A stretch of 64,000 bases of DNA. It comes from Phallusia mammillata. Its lineage: Eukaryota. The notes under the pieces were generated by a model, which was given only the letters and a program-made list of their open reading frames with translations, was not told the DNA's origin and ran no database searches. The stretch's first letter is position 1. Each line of letters opens with the position of its first letter. Of the stretch, positions 26,130 through 41,988 are shown piece after piece. The position numbers and the translations under genes are program-made. The DNA lies in assembly GCA_965637545.1 (NCBI GenBank), contig OZ281495.1, positions 14,074,001 through 14,138,000 of the forward strand, in the 5' to 3' direction.

Positions 26130-27355
26130 ATTGTGTAATCGGAACGACCAACGATAGGCGAGATTATGGCGGCGAGAAATTTTGATAAATTATAAGTGGG
26201 TGAGTTTACGAAAGAAACAATAGGTCGCAAAGGGATATTATCTTGATGAATCTTCGGCAAACCGTAAACTTTGGAAGTAGTCCGTCTGTGCTTCTGTGGT
26301 GTATTCTTGGTCGGTGAGACAGTTGTCCGTGCGTAGTTTCCAAATGAACTTGTTTAATTCCCGTTCTATGACCTTCAGCGGATTTTTTGTTAATCGTAGG
26401 TATACCGAGCTGTCGTCCAAAAGTGCTTGTGCCTTGTGTTCATATTGTTTCCTATCCATAACCACTGTGCAATTTCCTTTGTCCGCTTTCAAGATTGTCA
26501 CCGATTCATCCTTTCGCAGATCACTTAGGGCGCGGGTCTCTTCCGGAGACAAATTTGGCTTGGGCGCCGTGGATTTCTTCAAAACCTGCGCAATCCGACT
26601 CCTAGCCAAATCCGCGGCAGCTGCGTTGTCGTTAGCGAGCCCTAGCAGACCCGCCTCTGCAGCACCAACCATTTCTAGGATAGGAACCTTCTTGGGTGCA
26701 ATTGCAAACCCGTGGCCTTTTTCCAAAACACTGTGTTCCGCTTTGGTTAGAATCTTAGAAGAAACGTTAACCCATCTTTGTTTGCTGAACTTTTTACCTT
26801 TCCTTGTAGTTTTTGTCTGCCGATCTTTTTGTAGCGCCTGGAGCTTCTTTTCATGTACTATGGAACAACCGGCTGCGGTCGACCTTTGTCGTTTCGTAGC
26901 ATACACATCCATACATTGCGGTGTTAAAACCTTCGTGAGGTGTAGTTTTAAGTCTTTGCAGCGTAGTTTGAGTTGTCCGATTTTTTGATGTGAGCTGGTT
27001 ATTCTGTCTTTGAGCAGTGTCCAGCCACACTTGCGAACTATCAAAAACGACGATCTAGATTTGTCTGGAGGAGATAGGCGAAGGCTTTTAGGTAACATAA
27101 CGATAGACGATTATGTATTATATGATATTGAGTTTCCTTACTACAAATCATTACCAATGTGCAAAATGGACTACTTTCTGACTACAAGGTTCAATAAATG
27201 TCCTTTGTGGACTAATCTGACTATACGACTGTAAAAACTTGTAGATGTATTTCAAATTTATTGCGAATTCTGGATTAATGATAAGTTGATATGGGTTGCA
27301 ATAATATTCAACGTGTATAAGTTGAAGGGACGAGTAATATGTTGTGGGAACATGA

Positions 27356-30300
27356 TTAGGCACAAATTTGTTTCGACTTTTGTGAGCAACAGAAAACATG
27401 GCGCTTGACTTTACAGACGCCTTGACTGTCACTCCATGGCCCGCACCCAGTATTATTGTCTCCCCACGCAGTGGCACCATAATGCTCGAAGTGAGTGTAA
27501 CACACGCGTCGGGCATAGCGGGCTTCAGCTGCGTCGTTCCCAATCTCCACCCAGTCATGTACTCCTTGTAAGTTGGAGTCACTGAACATGTACATACCAA
27601 ATGTAAAACAGTAATCATGTTGCTTGAAATCAATTATTGTATTTTTTTGCCATGTACTTTTATTGGTATTAAGTGTGTGCAAATGCGATCTAAAATATCG
27701 TCAATTTGTTAAAAGGGCGCGGACATAAAAGTTGAAGAAACACAAGGCTAGACTGTTGACGTAAAACAAAGTAAAAGCAGTCAAAACTCTTATAGTTTGG
27801 AACGTTATATTATTGTATAAACCTTACATTATTGGAGTCCAGTTGTCACCCTGCAGCACACCAGTTAAGAGAGGAATTCCGTGAGGGCAAATTTGGTCAC
27901 TTGAACAAAGATCACGTCCTGGTTGTGCTTTGCAGAAGCTTCGAGCGCTGTCCCATGTCATAGTTGGTTCCAGTATAAAGTGGTAGATGTTGTACGGGAA
28001 AGGTCCCGGCAAGGTTTCTGTGTAAAATTGTTTTACCATAGAACAATATTAGTTGTAACAGGCCTAGTTTTTAAACATAGGCCTAATTATTTTTGGAGCC
28101 ATGGTTGTGTGGTGATTTGTTTCGAATAACACATCGCATAAGTTTTGTACATAACCTTATAACTACTAATCATATAATACCCTTGACCACGATTTATCTA
28201 TACTTTTGAATTTTATGTTAATAACCAAAGTTATCTTGTGCAAGAACCATATAATCAAAGATTCCTATATTATCTTCCTACCAGGATCACTGCTAGGACA
28301 GCAAATAACGTAGCCTTTATGGGGGCAAGGATTTTCGTCAGTATTCCATGGGCTGCATTCTCCAGTTGTGGTCCCCCATGTTGGAAATCCGTGTTGGGCT
28401 ACGTGATTGTAGCAGGTCCTACCATGGCTGTCTCCGATCTCGACCCAGTTATTATAAAGGTCTCTAAAGAAACAAACCTAAAGATATACTTTTAAAATAT
28501 AATTGCAAAAACTAAGTACAAAATTTACTAAAGCTCCCAGACAAAAATTCAGCAAAATCAGGTAGTTGGTTCAATTCGAATGCATGTCAAGAAAAAAAAA
28601 ATTAAAAGTCTTCTACGCTTTCCAAAACTAGACAAGCTGCATGTGGAATTATTTGTCCTATACCTGTTTTGCACCTTTGTTTGCTATTCTTATTGAGGAA
28701 ATTTTACATTTTTTGGTTTCGCTTGATCAAAAAAAGTTATAAAAGTGCAAAAGTTTGTAAATATAAAAGGGGCTTAATGAAACAAATATGAATTCTTTTA
28801 GTTTTACCGAATTGGAGCCCAGTGATCACCGGAAATTACGTTTACAAGATCGAGCTGACCATCAGGGCAAATCTCTTCGTACTTGCAGAGATCTTGTCCT
28901 CTCTCCAGGCAATAAGAACGAGCTGTGTCGTATGTGGTATATTCCCCATCCAGCTTAACACCGGCTAATTAAGCAGTTGAAATCGAATCAATTATTTTCA
29001 AAAAGGCAACAGAATTGTGCACTTGTATGAAGTTATTATATTAAATGGCCTTTGGAACTTTCCGAGTGCAAACCTATTACAAAGGTCCCGGCTATTAAAC
29101 AAAACCTCGTTGAACTAGTTTAACACCTATAGTTTGATGATGTATAGTTTCCGGGACATGACGTAGCAACATTTGATGTTTTCCGCAATCAGGATGTAAT
29201 TTTTATTATTAAAGGTACAAACGGTTGCAAAAAACCTCGTCGCGCATTTGGAATGAAGTCGTTTGTGCAACAGCCAAGTATGACGGGGAATTTTGACTTG
29301 CAAGTGTTTGTATTTGCACTTGCAGCCAATGGTGCAATTTAAAGCGGGTTTTTCCAGACCTTCATTTTGAAAATAAACTTCATTAAATACAGGCCATAAA
29401 GACGATAAAACTGCACATGAAGTTTTTCAAAAACTGGTTATATATATATTTTTTTATAAACTGGTTAATTGCTTACAAGCAATTTAGTCTTGTTCGTTAC
29501 AGGAACACTAAAACGAAAATTATTGCGAGCGGGATAGAATAATAAGATAATGTCCTACTGTTCAACAAATATACGCTTTTTAACAATGATATTTTTATAG
29601 CTCTTTTCGTTGCACAAACGGTCGTTGACCCTTTTTCCGATTTGTAATCGTACCCATTTCCGCTATCAAACGTTTAAATTTAAACCAAATGTTTTGAAAT
29701 GGTCAACCAACGGATCTAAGCTTAGTTATACTTAGTTATAGTTATAAGTTATAAGTAACAGTTATAAGCTTAGTTATAAGTAACAAAAATCGCTGTTCAT
29801 ACCACAGCAGAGAATGATCTTTTTGTAGGGACAAGATCCTCCGTCGCAACCTGATAGACCCCAACTCGGTTGCCCGTAATGTTCAATGTGTCTGTAGCAA
29901 AGTTTGGATCGCCCAACTTGGGTCCAGTCGTTGTACTGGTCGCTGAAATGAAATGTTTTTTTTTACCAAAACAAAAGGAACCAATATAGACTATTGTTAA
30001 AATAGCATGGAAATGTAAACCCACAAAAATAAGATATTGTATAACTTCTAAATGCTTTTCGTTTTGCCTGATTTAAACTAATAAGAACCAAACACAGCAG
30101 TCTATAGTATAGAGACTCTATACGTTCAAGTTGGGTCAGCAAAACTAAACACTGCCCTTACAAAATCGTATATTTCTCAAAATAACAATCAATAATTTAC
30201 AAACAAACTAACAATTTTAGGTCCTTTGCTTGTATGAAACGCAATACAAAAAAACGGCTAGGAATTGCAAATTACCCAATTGGTACCCAGTTGTCACCAG

Positions 30301-30784
30301 TTAGGACTCCGATCACAGGGGGGTCGTTGTTCGCACATATTTCTGTGTGTGTGCAGAGACGCATTGCTTGCTTGTCGCAATATTCCGCCGCGGTTGTCCA
30401 CGTAAGGACGTTGGGATCCATTGCTCCTTGATAAACTTCTGTATAGGCAAAATCATTATTCAATTTTGTTGTTTACATAGGAACAAATAAAGTTATTTTC
30501 ATTTAAATTCAACCAAGCTGGGTGTAGACTAATTGTATAACTCCGCAAACCGTATCAACTTACTTAAGGCAGTGCAGACCTGTAGGGCAGAGACCAAAAG
30601 AACACTTGAAAACAACCTGAAAAAAGTTCTGCATTGTGACAAGTTATTCCATTACCGTCATTGTTAAATTAACGCCAATACTTTATTGTGAATGTACATA
30701 ATTTCTGGACAATACCAATTTTAAAAAGTTGAATTTTGTACAAGTAAGATACAACATTTTACCAAAACCATATCGCACTTACAT
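27356..30784 (-). CDS. Secreted triple-module Cys/Trp/His-rich protein, paralog B (370 aa); exons 30784-30783 (AT), 30616-30564, 30438-30276, 29942-29803, 28964-28808, 28463-28282, 28017-27828, 27581-27356
   Basis: All introns are GT-AG and the CDS totals 1113 nt in frame. Signal peptide MLFSSVLLVSALQVCTAL, three 8-Cys modules, TAA stop, and AATAAA at 27262-27257. Internal exon lengths match paralog A, except a 3-nt difference in exon 7. Confidence 0.9.
29718..29784. repeat. Degenerate AGTTATA/AAGCTT tandem repeat in intron 4 of paralog B
   Basis: Repeated agttata units read directly. Confidence 0.7.
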
Positions 30785-31899
30785 TTTAAAGTTTCACGTG
30801 ATTGCTATCAGGTTTCAAAACCACCTCGAATGGCGACATCAGTCGGCAAACAACCGCCTAAATAGGAATGGGGCGAAATCCAAAGAAAAAAGTGTTCCCG
30901 TCTGACTGGAACAACACAACTTCACAAAAACATTTTTTGAAGACAATCGCTCGCCGGTTGAAATGTAGTAAAACTTTTTGTCACTTGCCTGTATTAATAC
31001 TTACAACAGAATATTATAACGCATATTGTTTAGAACCGCATAGACAAACTGTATAAAGTGGTAATGATTTGTCGGCTTTTGCTGAGTTTGTGCAGGTGAC
31101 TTGCATTAAAAATTTCAATTATTTGCCTATGACAGTGCATGATGCAATTGAAAGCAATGTCATTAGTGTAAACCAAACATAATCTTTCAACCAGACTTGA
31201 AAAAAGTGTAATCTTGCATTCAATATCGGATGACCTTTGAAATGTTGGAATCACATCTTGCTCTTTTAAGGTCTTGGCGCAAACTGTGATAAATCTGAAA
31301 ACAAAATTGCATCAAGGCAACTAATTTATATTAGGAATTGTGATCAACCAAAATTAGCATGCAACTAAGTTTTATAAATTGTGTAATTTTTTCATGATGA
31401 ACATAATCCAACTTATGTTTTAAAATATTAAAGTGTGTAAAATTTGTTTAATACAATCATATAAGCATACTGCATAATCCCTTTAACTTTAAGCTTTACG
31501 TGCGTCTCAAAAGCACAATCTTTCGCTGGGATTTTGTGTTTGTGCAAAATATTTGGTAAGGTATTAATTTAATAGGTCTAAACTGAGGTTTAGTGGTGGA
31601 CAAATTCATTTTATAAATGCTTCATGTTTAATTTCTCTTCCTTACCGTCCGGACATTTTTGACAAATAAAGGTATAAAAGTCGAGTGCAGATCCAACGGG
31701 TTCTGACAACAAAGCAATTAACAACGCCTGAAGTGTATGCAGAAGATTTATTTGTTTATGCATTTTCAATTACAAAATGACAACATTGTGCACAATCCAA
31801 AATGGTGTTAAGAATACGCATTAAAATCATTCTAATTACATTTCAAAACTAACAAGTTTAATCATCCAAGGCTGTATCAAAGTCTAAGCATAGATGCGG

Positions 31900-34691
31900 T
31901 TAGTTAGTCTTTGCAGAACAACAAAACACGTGACGCTTAATTTTACAAACACCATTTTCATCACTCCAGCTTTCACATCCAGTGGTTCCATCTCCCCAGG
32001 CGGTGGCGCCATAGTGCACTTTGTGGGTAAAACAAACCCGAGCGGCATCTCTGGCAACATCGTTGCCAATCTGTATCCAGTCGTTAATGCCTTCCGGGTT
32101 CGAGTCGCTGAAACAAGTAAGTAACCATTAAATTATGTTTAATTTATGCATTTAGGTTTTGTTTTAACATCAACTATGATGTATTTTATAAGCGAGTACA
32201 TATTGTAGACCCAACCTAACATAAAATGGTTTAAGTCTTCGTTATTCGAAAAATAGGCGCAAAAAGCATAAGCACGATTAGATTGTGTAACTAGGTCAGC
32301 ATCTTTTAGAATATGTTAAGAGTAAATAGTCTTAGATTACTGCAAAGGCACCATGAGATATTACAAAACCTTGCAACTATTCTATGAATTGATCACAGTA
32401 ATTTACTGTTTAGGTATCTTACACAATAGGTGCCCAGTTGTCTCCCTGCAGTACACCAGTCAAAAGAGGAATTCCGTTGGGGCAAATTTGAGCACTTGAA
32501 CACAAATCACGTCCTGGTTGTGCTTTGCAGAAGCTACGTGCTTTGTCCCATGTCATTGTGGTAGGTTCCATGATGAAATGATAAATGTTGTATGGATAGG
32601 GGCCAGGTTCCGTAGCTAAATTATCAAAACATTTACATCACCAAAAGTGTTCTTTTTACAAATATTTTTTTACATTCCTTTCTTGCAGGAAAGAAATTAA
32701 TTATATCAATACTCACCAACATCATCGCTTGGGCAGCAAACGACATATCCTTTATGAGGACAAGCCTTTTCTGGGGTGTTCCATGGGGGACAATTTCCGG
32801 CTGTAATACCCCAAACAGGAAGTTCATAGTGCGCTTTGTGGTTGAAACAGGTTCGACCCGCCGAGTCCCCGATTTGTACCCAGTTGTTGTAAAGGTCCCT
32901 GTGGGGTTTTAAGAAATGTAATAAAAAGACACTTTTTTCCCATGTGTTTTGGTTGCATTAAATTCGGTTCAAAGTGTGGCTAAAATACTTTTACGAATAA
33001 ATTTAAATGTTTGAGCATTTACAGCCACCACTACGACAAAATAAAGAAATACATTAGTTTATTGTTAATTAAGGAGACTTTTGTAGCTGGGAGACAAATC
33101 GTAGATAAGTTACATTTTGTATTTTTTAGTAAACATGAGTGCAATTTATCGCAGTAATTCTAGGCCAAGTAAAAATTGATTTCTGAAAAATTCTTTATAA
33201 CTTTTAAGTGGTCGTTAAACTTCTCTAAACCATTGGTACAAAAACTTTTAGTAAGTCAATAACTAAATGTGTTATGGTGACGATGCAATGGCCCTTGGCC
33301 CCCTACAAAGCCGGAAGTTGTCAATATTTTTTTAAACTTACCGAATTGGAGCCCAGTGATCACCAGGTATCACGTTAACCGCTTCCAACTGACCATCACT
33401 GCAAATTTCGTCGTATTTGCAGAGGTCTTGGCCCCTCTCCAAACAATAAGAACGAGCCGTGTCGTAAGTTGTATATTCTCCGACTAACTCAACACCAGCT
33501 ATAAAAAAATGGATGCAGTTTTCAGATGGTGTACCCGTACTCAGACGAGAGGAAAAATGTTGAAATGAAATAAAATATATTTCTGATACAGAGAGATATT
33601 GTTGACATATATAACATGAAAGGAGACTTCTCACCAAACGATAAGGTCAACAGAAAAACACAAAGTCAGCATTTTCATGGTTACTTTGCTAATGTTGACA
33701 ATCATTAGCAACAATCGCATGATAAGTGATTGTTTGCAACATCTTACCGCAACAGAGAATGTTTTTCTTCCAAGAACAAGTGCTTGCTGAACATCCCGAA
33801 ACCCCCCAGCTAGGTTGTCCGTAATGTTGAATGTGCTTGTAACACAGTCTGTCTGAGCCGACCTGTGTCCAATCGTTGTACGCATCCCTAAAAACATGAT
33901 TTTAATCACAAACCCTGTTTACTGCTTATTTTAGTTTAGTAACTGTTAGTCGCACTAAATCGTACCCAATTGGTACCCAGTTGTCCCCCGTAAGAACTCC
34001 GATCACAGGAGGGTCGTTGTTCGCACATATATCATTGTGTGTGCAGAGACGCATGGCTTGCTTGTCACAATATTCCGACGCGGTCGTCCACGTAAGGACG
34101 TTGGGGTCCATTGCCCCATGATGAACCACTAAACAAATAACAAGGTACTCTAACTAAAAAGAATCGTTTAAGACTGGATTTATTTTAAATTGTTTTGTTG
34201 GGGAGCGGGTAGAAAATGAAATTCTGTTCTGGGTGGTTAAACAACGGTCTCAATCAAAATGTACAACTGATAAAGCTAGTGTTTGGTTTTTTAGCATTTA
34301 GTTTTCGACATCGCATAATTAAACTAAGGCGAAAAGTGTCGCGTATAGTATAATCGCATGTTAGGAAAAATAATCATTTTTTTTAAGATACAAAAATTAC
34401 AACATGAAAATAATTCTTATATTGGCAAGAACATTACATTTCGTGTAACAATACATTTAACTTACTTAAGGCCGATGTAAGTTGAACTGCAACGGCAAGA
34501 AAAATACTTTCGCAGAACCTAAAAATAAAAAAGCAAAAATTTGTTAAACCGTCTTTTTCGAACAGTTTTGTTAAACAAGGGAATGTAATTATCAAGAAAT
34601 AATTTGAACAATAGAAAACACTAATGACTAAAACAAATAGTAGAAAAGTAAAAAAAGAACACGAATAAAATAAAAACTGTAGTACTTACAT
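31900..34691 (-). CDS. Secreted triple-module Cys/Trp/His-rich protein, paralog A (365 aa); exons 34691-34690 (AT), 34518-34466, 34128-33966, 33887-33748, 33498-33342, 32898-32717, 32615-32423, 32107-31900
   Basis: All introns are GT-AG and the CDS totals 1098 nt in frame. Signal peptide MFCESIFLAVAVQLTSAL, three 8-Cys modules, TAA stop, and AATAAA at 31752-31747. Confidence 0.9.
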
Positions 34692-36623
34692 TTTCGCAGT
34701 AAATTCTTACTTGTCAATGAAAACCTTCAACCTTCAGGCTTCCTTTGCCAACAACTCAGGGGCTTAAATATTCCTACTGCCTTTTTCGGATGGATTGAAC
34801 TCGGTTTACATTTTGGCCTACACATGTTTGGCGAGATAAAGCGGTTGTTGTCTGCACGATCCACTTTTCGAGGACTTTAATGCAGATAAATGTCGAACAC
34901 TGCCAAACACAGTTTCGATCCTCTAGTTTTAAAATTGATTTTTTCTGCAGCAAAGATTTGCTTTCCAATCTGCAGTATTTGTTTAAACAATATGCCTATT
35001 CAGCAGTTTTCCAACAGAATTTCCAAATATGGCAACACACGTTATAGTTCAGTCTTTAATAACGTTTCAAAGATGATAATCAACCGCAAGGTTAAACCAC
35101 ATTTACTATCTAACCAAGTACCGAGTGGGTGTATCGAAAACACACATAACAAACTGTTGAGTCTTTATGGCATTGTTTTGCTTTAAATTTGTTTCCCAGT
35201 GCGCAGCTATAAAATAATTAAAAGTTTGAGGTAGCATTATTGACAGTAATATGAAAAAAATCTGTCATTGAATTCCCCATAAGTCAAATAAATCAACTTT
35301 TTCGTTATTGTATTTTTCATGGCGCACCGTTTGAGAATCGATGATCTAATTAATACGTTAATGAACAAATCAGACCCAATGTGATAAACATAAGAGTGTC
35401 CAAAAAATTTCTGCCACGCTTTGCAATTCGCCCAGACACGGGCTTTGGACACGAATTTTAGGAGAGCTAGACTCAATATTTTAAGTTCTATAGTTATACG
35501 AACTAAAAGCTATTCGCATGTTGTAAGTTGACAATTGATGTTAAAAGCGATTGCGAAATTAGCGACTGATTAAAGCTTGTTGTTCCGATACATTATCAGC
35601 TTGCTGTTTTTTTGTTAGTGTTTAGTCGGCGTGTCCTAAATTATTTGTTCAATTTGCTTTACTCGATATTGCAGTTACAACGCAATTGTGCGGCAATATA
35701 AAACGGTTTTTGTCACAAATATTTCAGCTCTAAAAATGTATACATTAAGCATGCTTTGTGTGGACTCTGCAGCACGGTTTAAAGCTAATAAAAACATGTA
35801 ATTTTACTGTTTAAAGCAGTTAATGGTCGCCTTGAGAATGCTTATATAATCTGATAAAGTGCCTTAAATTGTTAGAAAAGCCTATGTTTGGGAACAGAAT
35901 GTAGTGGCAACGGAGCAACGAGCTTTTGTACCTGTCAGTTAAAGTATTGCCCACTGGAGCAAATGCTTTGTTGATGAACTAGTTTGAGATCATTGACCTA
36001 TTTATAATCAGGTTACCGGTTTAACGGACGGTTTTGCTTATAAAAACACACAGATTTGAAATTGCACGTAAGCTGATCAACAAGCAATTTTTTGTTTGTT
36101 GGTGTTTTGTGAGCGATAACTTTGTTTGCGCAAATTCCAACGCTCACAAACTAAACCAAATTGTGTTTGCTTTATTTGTCTGTTCTACAATTGTCACCTC
36201 GTGTGTTTTATTTTAATTTGTTAGAGAAAAAACATCGACTGAATTAAAATCAACGTTTTTACGATACATGTTCAAAATTTTCATCTCGCATTAAAACTTT
36301 CACTTCTGTGTGGCACAAGGTAATAGTACTGGCATCAAAATAACTAATCCTAATCGTTAACTTCGTTTGATAAATTACCAATATTTATTGTTACAAGTGA
36401 TATTTGTTGGGTATAATTTTTTTTTCAAAAAACAGAAAGTTATAAAAGTATATTTATGTCAAATCTGAACCAGTAACATTATACACGGATTTTAAAAGTA
36501 ATTTAATCAAAAACATATGTAACTTAATTATGTATTATTTGTGATGCCACCCCAAACAGCTTGCGTTTACTCCGTTTTTCCTAGGTGATTGCATAAACCC
36601 TGTTCTAGCTCGTATGACAAATT

Positions 36624-36661
36624 ACACTGATGATGGCAATATCGATCGTTGAAACGTCTGC
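36624..36661 (+). ncRNA. Orphan, partly degenerate minimal hammerhead ribozyme (probable PLE terminal relic)
   Basis: ACA-CUGAUGA-U-GGCAAUAUCGAUCGUU-GAAA-CGUC-UG. The core and GUC site are intact; stem II has one mismatch and G-U pairs; stem I is only 2 bp. Confidence 0.55.
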
Positions 36662-38025
36662 ACTAGGATAAGTTCTATTACACAAATTCTTTGGCAGTTA
36701 TGTTTTTGATTTCACCGGAAAGTTTTGCCGCATATGGGCCGATGCAAATTTATGAAGCTTGAATTTAGTGTTAAATTTGTACTTATTTGGTCAAATACCT
36801 AATCTGATTGAAACCATTAGAAACGTGTCAATAATCAATAATTTATTCTATACCGGGTTTTCTGGAAAATGATTCCATGGTAGGGTGATAAAAGGCTAAA
36901 ATTCTGGACACCAAAACAAAACAAAATTAACTTGTTCAATCGTCCTGAACCACGCATGCTTAACAGACGATTTCAGTTGAATATATGTATTGACGTAGCC
37001 ATACATGAACAACATGATATCAGCAGTCCTATTCAAATAGAATAGTTCAACTGTTTTCACACTACCGATTTGCTTAACTTGGTGCTCGAATCGAAATGAA
37101 TCCTGAATTTTGCCATATCCCGATTAAGCAATTTGCTGCGCTCTATAAACTTTTAATCAGAGCCAATTCGATATTTGCAATAAACATACTTTTTAAAACC
37201 TCACAAGTGTAGTTTTTGATTATATTTCGGTTTCAAATACCAATGACATTTGTGTATGTGTAAGCTTTGAAACGTGTCGTTGTAATTGTATTACAGAAAT
37301 TTTATCGCGATAGATTCTTACCAGCAATTTAATCGCGATAATTTTATCGTGGTAATTTCTTGCAGCTGTTTAAGCCTGGTTATTTTATTGCAGCAATTTT
37401 ATGGCAGAATTTTCATTTTGTTATCGGTCATTTCTTGCTTCCAACCAGGTCGCCAAGCATCTACATCTTTTGTTTGTAAATTACAGATTTAAACAAAAAT
37501 ATACTATTTTTCATTAGATCCCATATACTGGTATCTACAAGACGATATTTTTTCTAACATAATCTACAGATTGAACTAAACAATCATTTGCCTGTAGTAA
37601 TATTTATCCTTATTTTACCGCCGCCAGTGTATACACTGTAATAAACATATTCACAAGCTCAAATGATCGTTGAATTTTTTTCCTCAACGTTTGGAACATT
37701 TTAAGAGACATATAGGCGCTCGCGGTGAATTATTTTGTGCTTTAAACGTGTTTTTTCATTTAATAGAACTTTCATAGCACACCGAAGTTGATATTTTTCT
37801 TACTTTATTTAACGACATTTTAGATGTAGTAGACATACAGCATGATAATGCGAAAGTTTGACTGCTTCACAAAAGATTATGGAACAAAACATGGACCCAA
37901 TTTGCGTTTTAAACGTGATAAACGTAAACTTAAATATTTACTTATAGCGTAACTTATAATACACAACTTGTCTTACAAGGATAATCCGAAATGTTTTATT
38001 GGCCATGAGACAAACGCAAGTTGTT

Positions 38026-41988
<3,963 letters not shown>

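Larger units (their letters stand above)
21915..27100 (-). mobile_element. Penelope-like retroelement (Penelope/Poseidon type), split by nested insertions at 23478-26129; outer ends approximate
   Basis: The N-terminal part (27098-26130) has VTILKADKG and, after a frameshift near 26285, [18 protein letters not shown]. The C-terminal part (23477-22206) has SFDVVSLFTSIP, GTPMGSPIS, RYVDD, HHPRHQK and the GIY-YIG motif GVVYQVPCRDCEMVYIGQT. A hammerhead motif lies 3' of the stop. Confidence 0.92.

Noticed and set aside
26296-26988. 230-aa plus-strand ORF
   Set aside because: Antisense shadow of the PLE N-terminal ORF.
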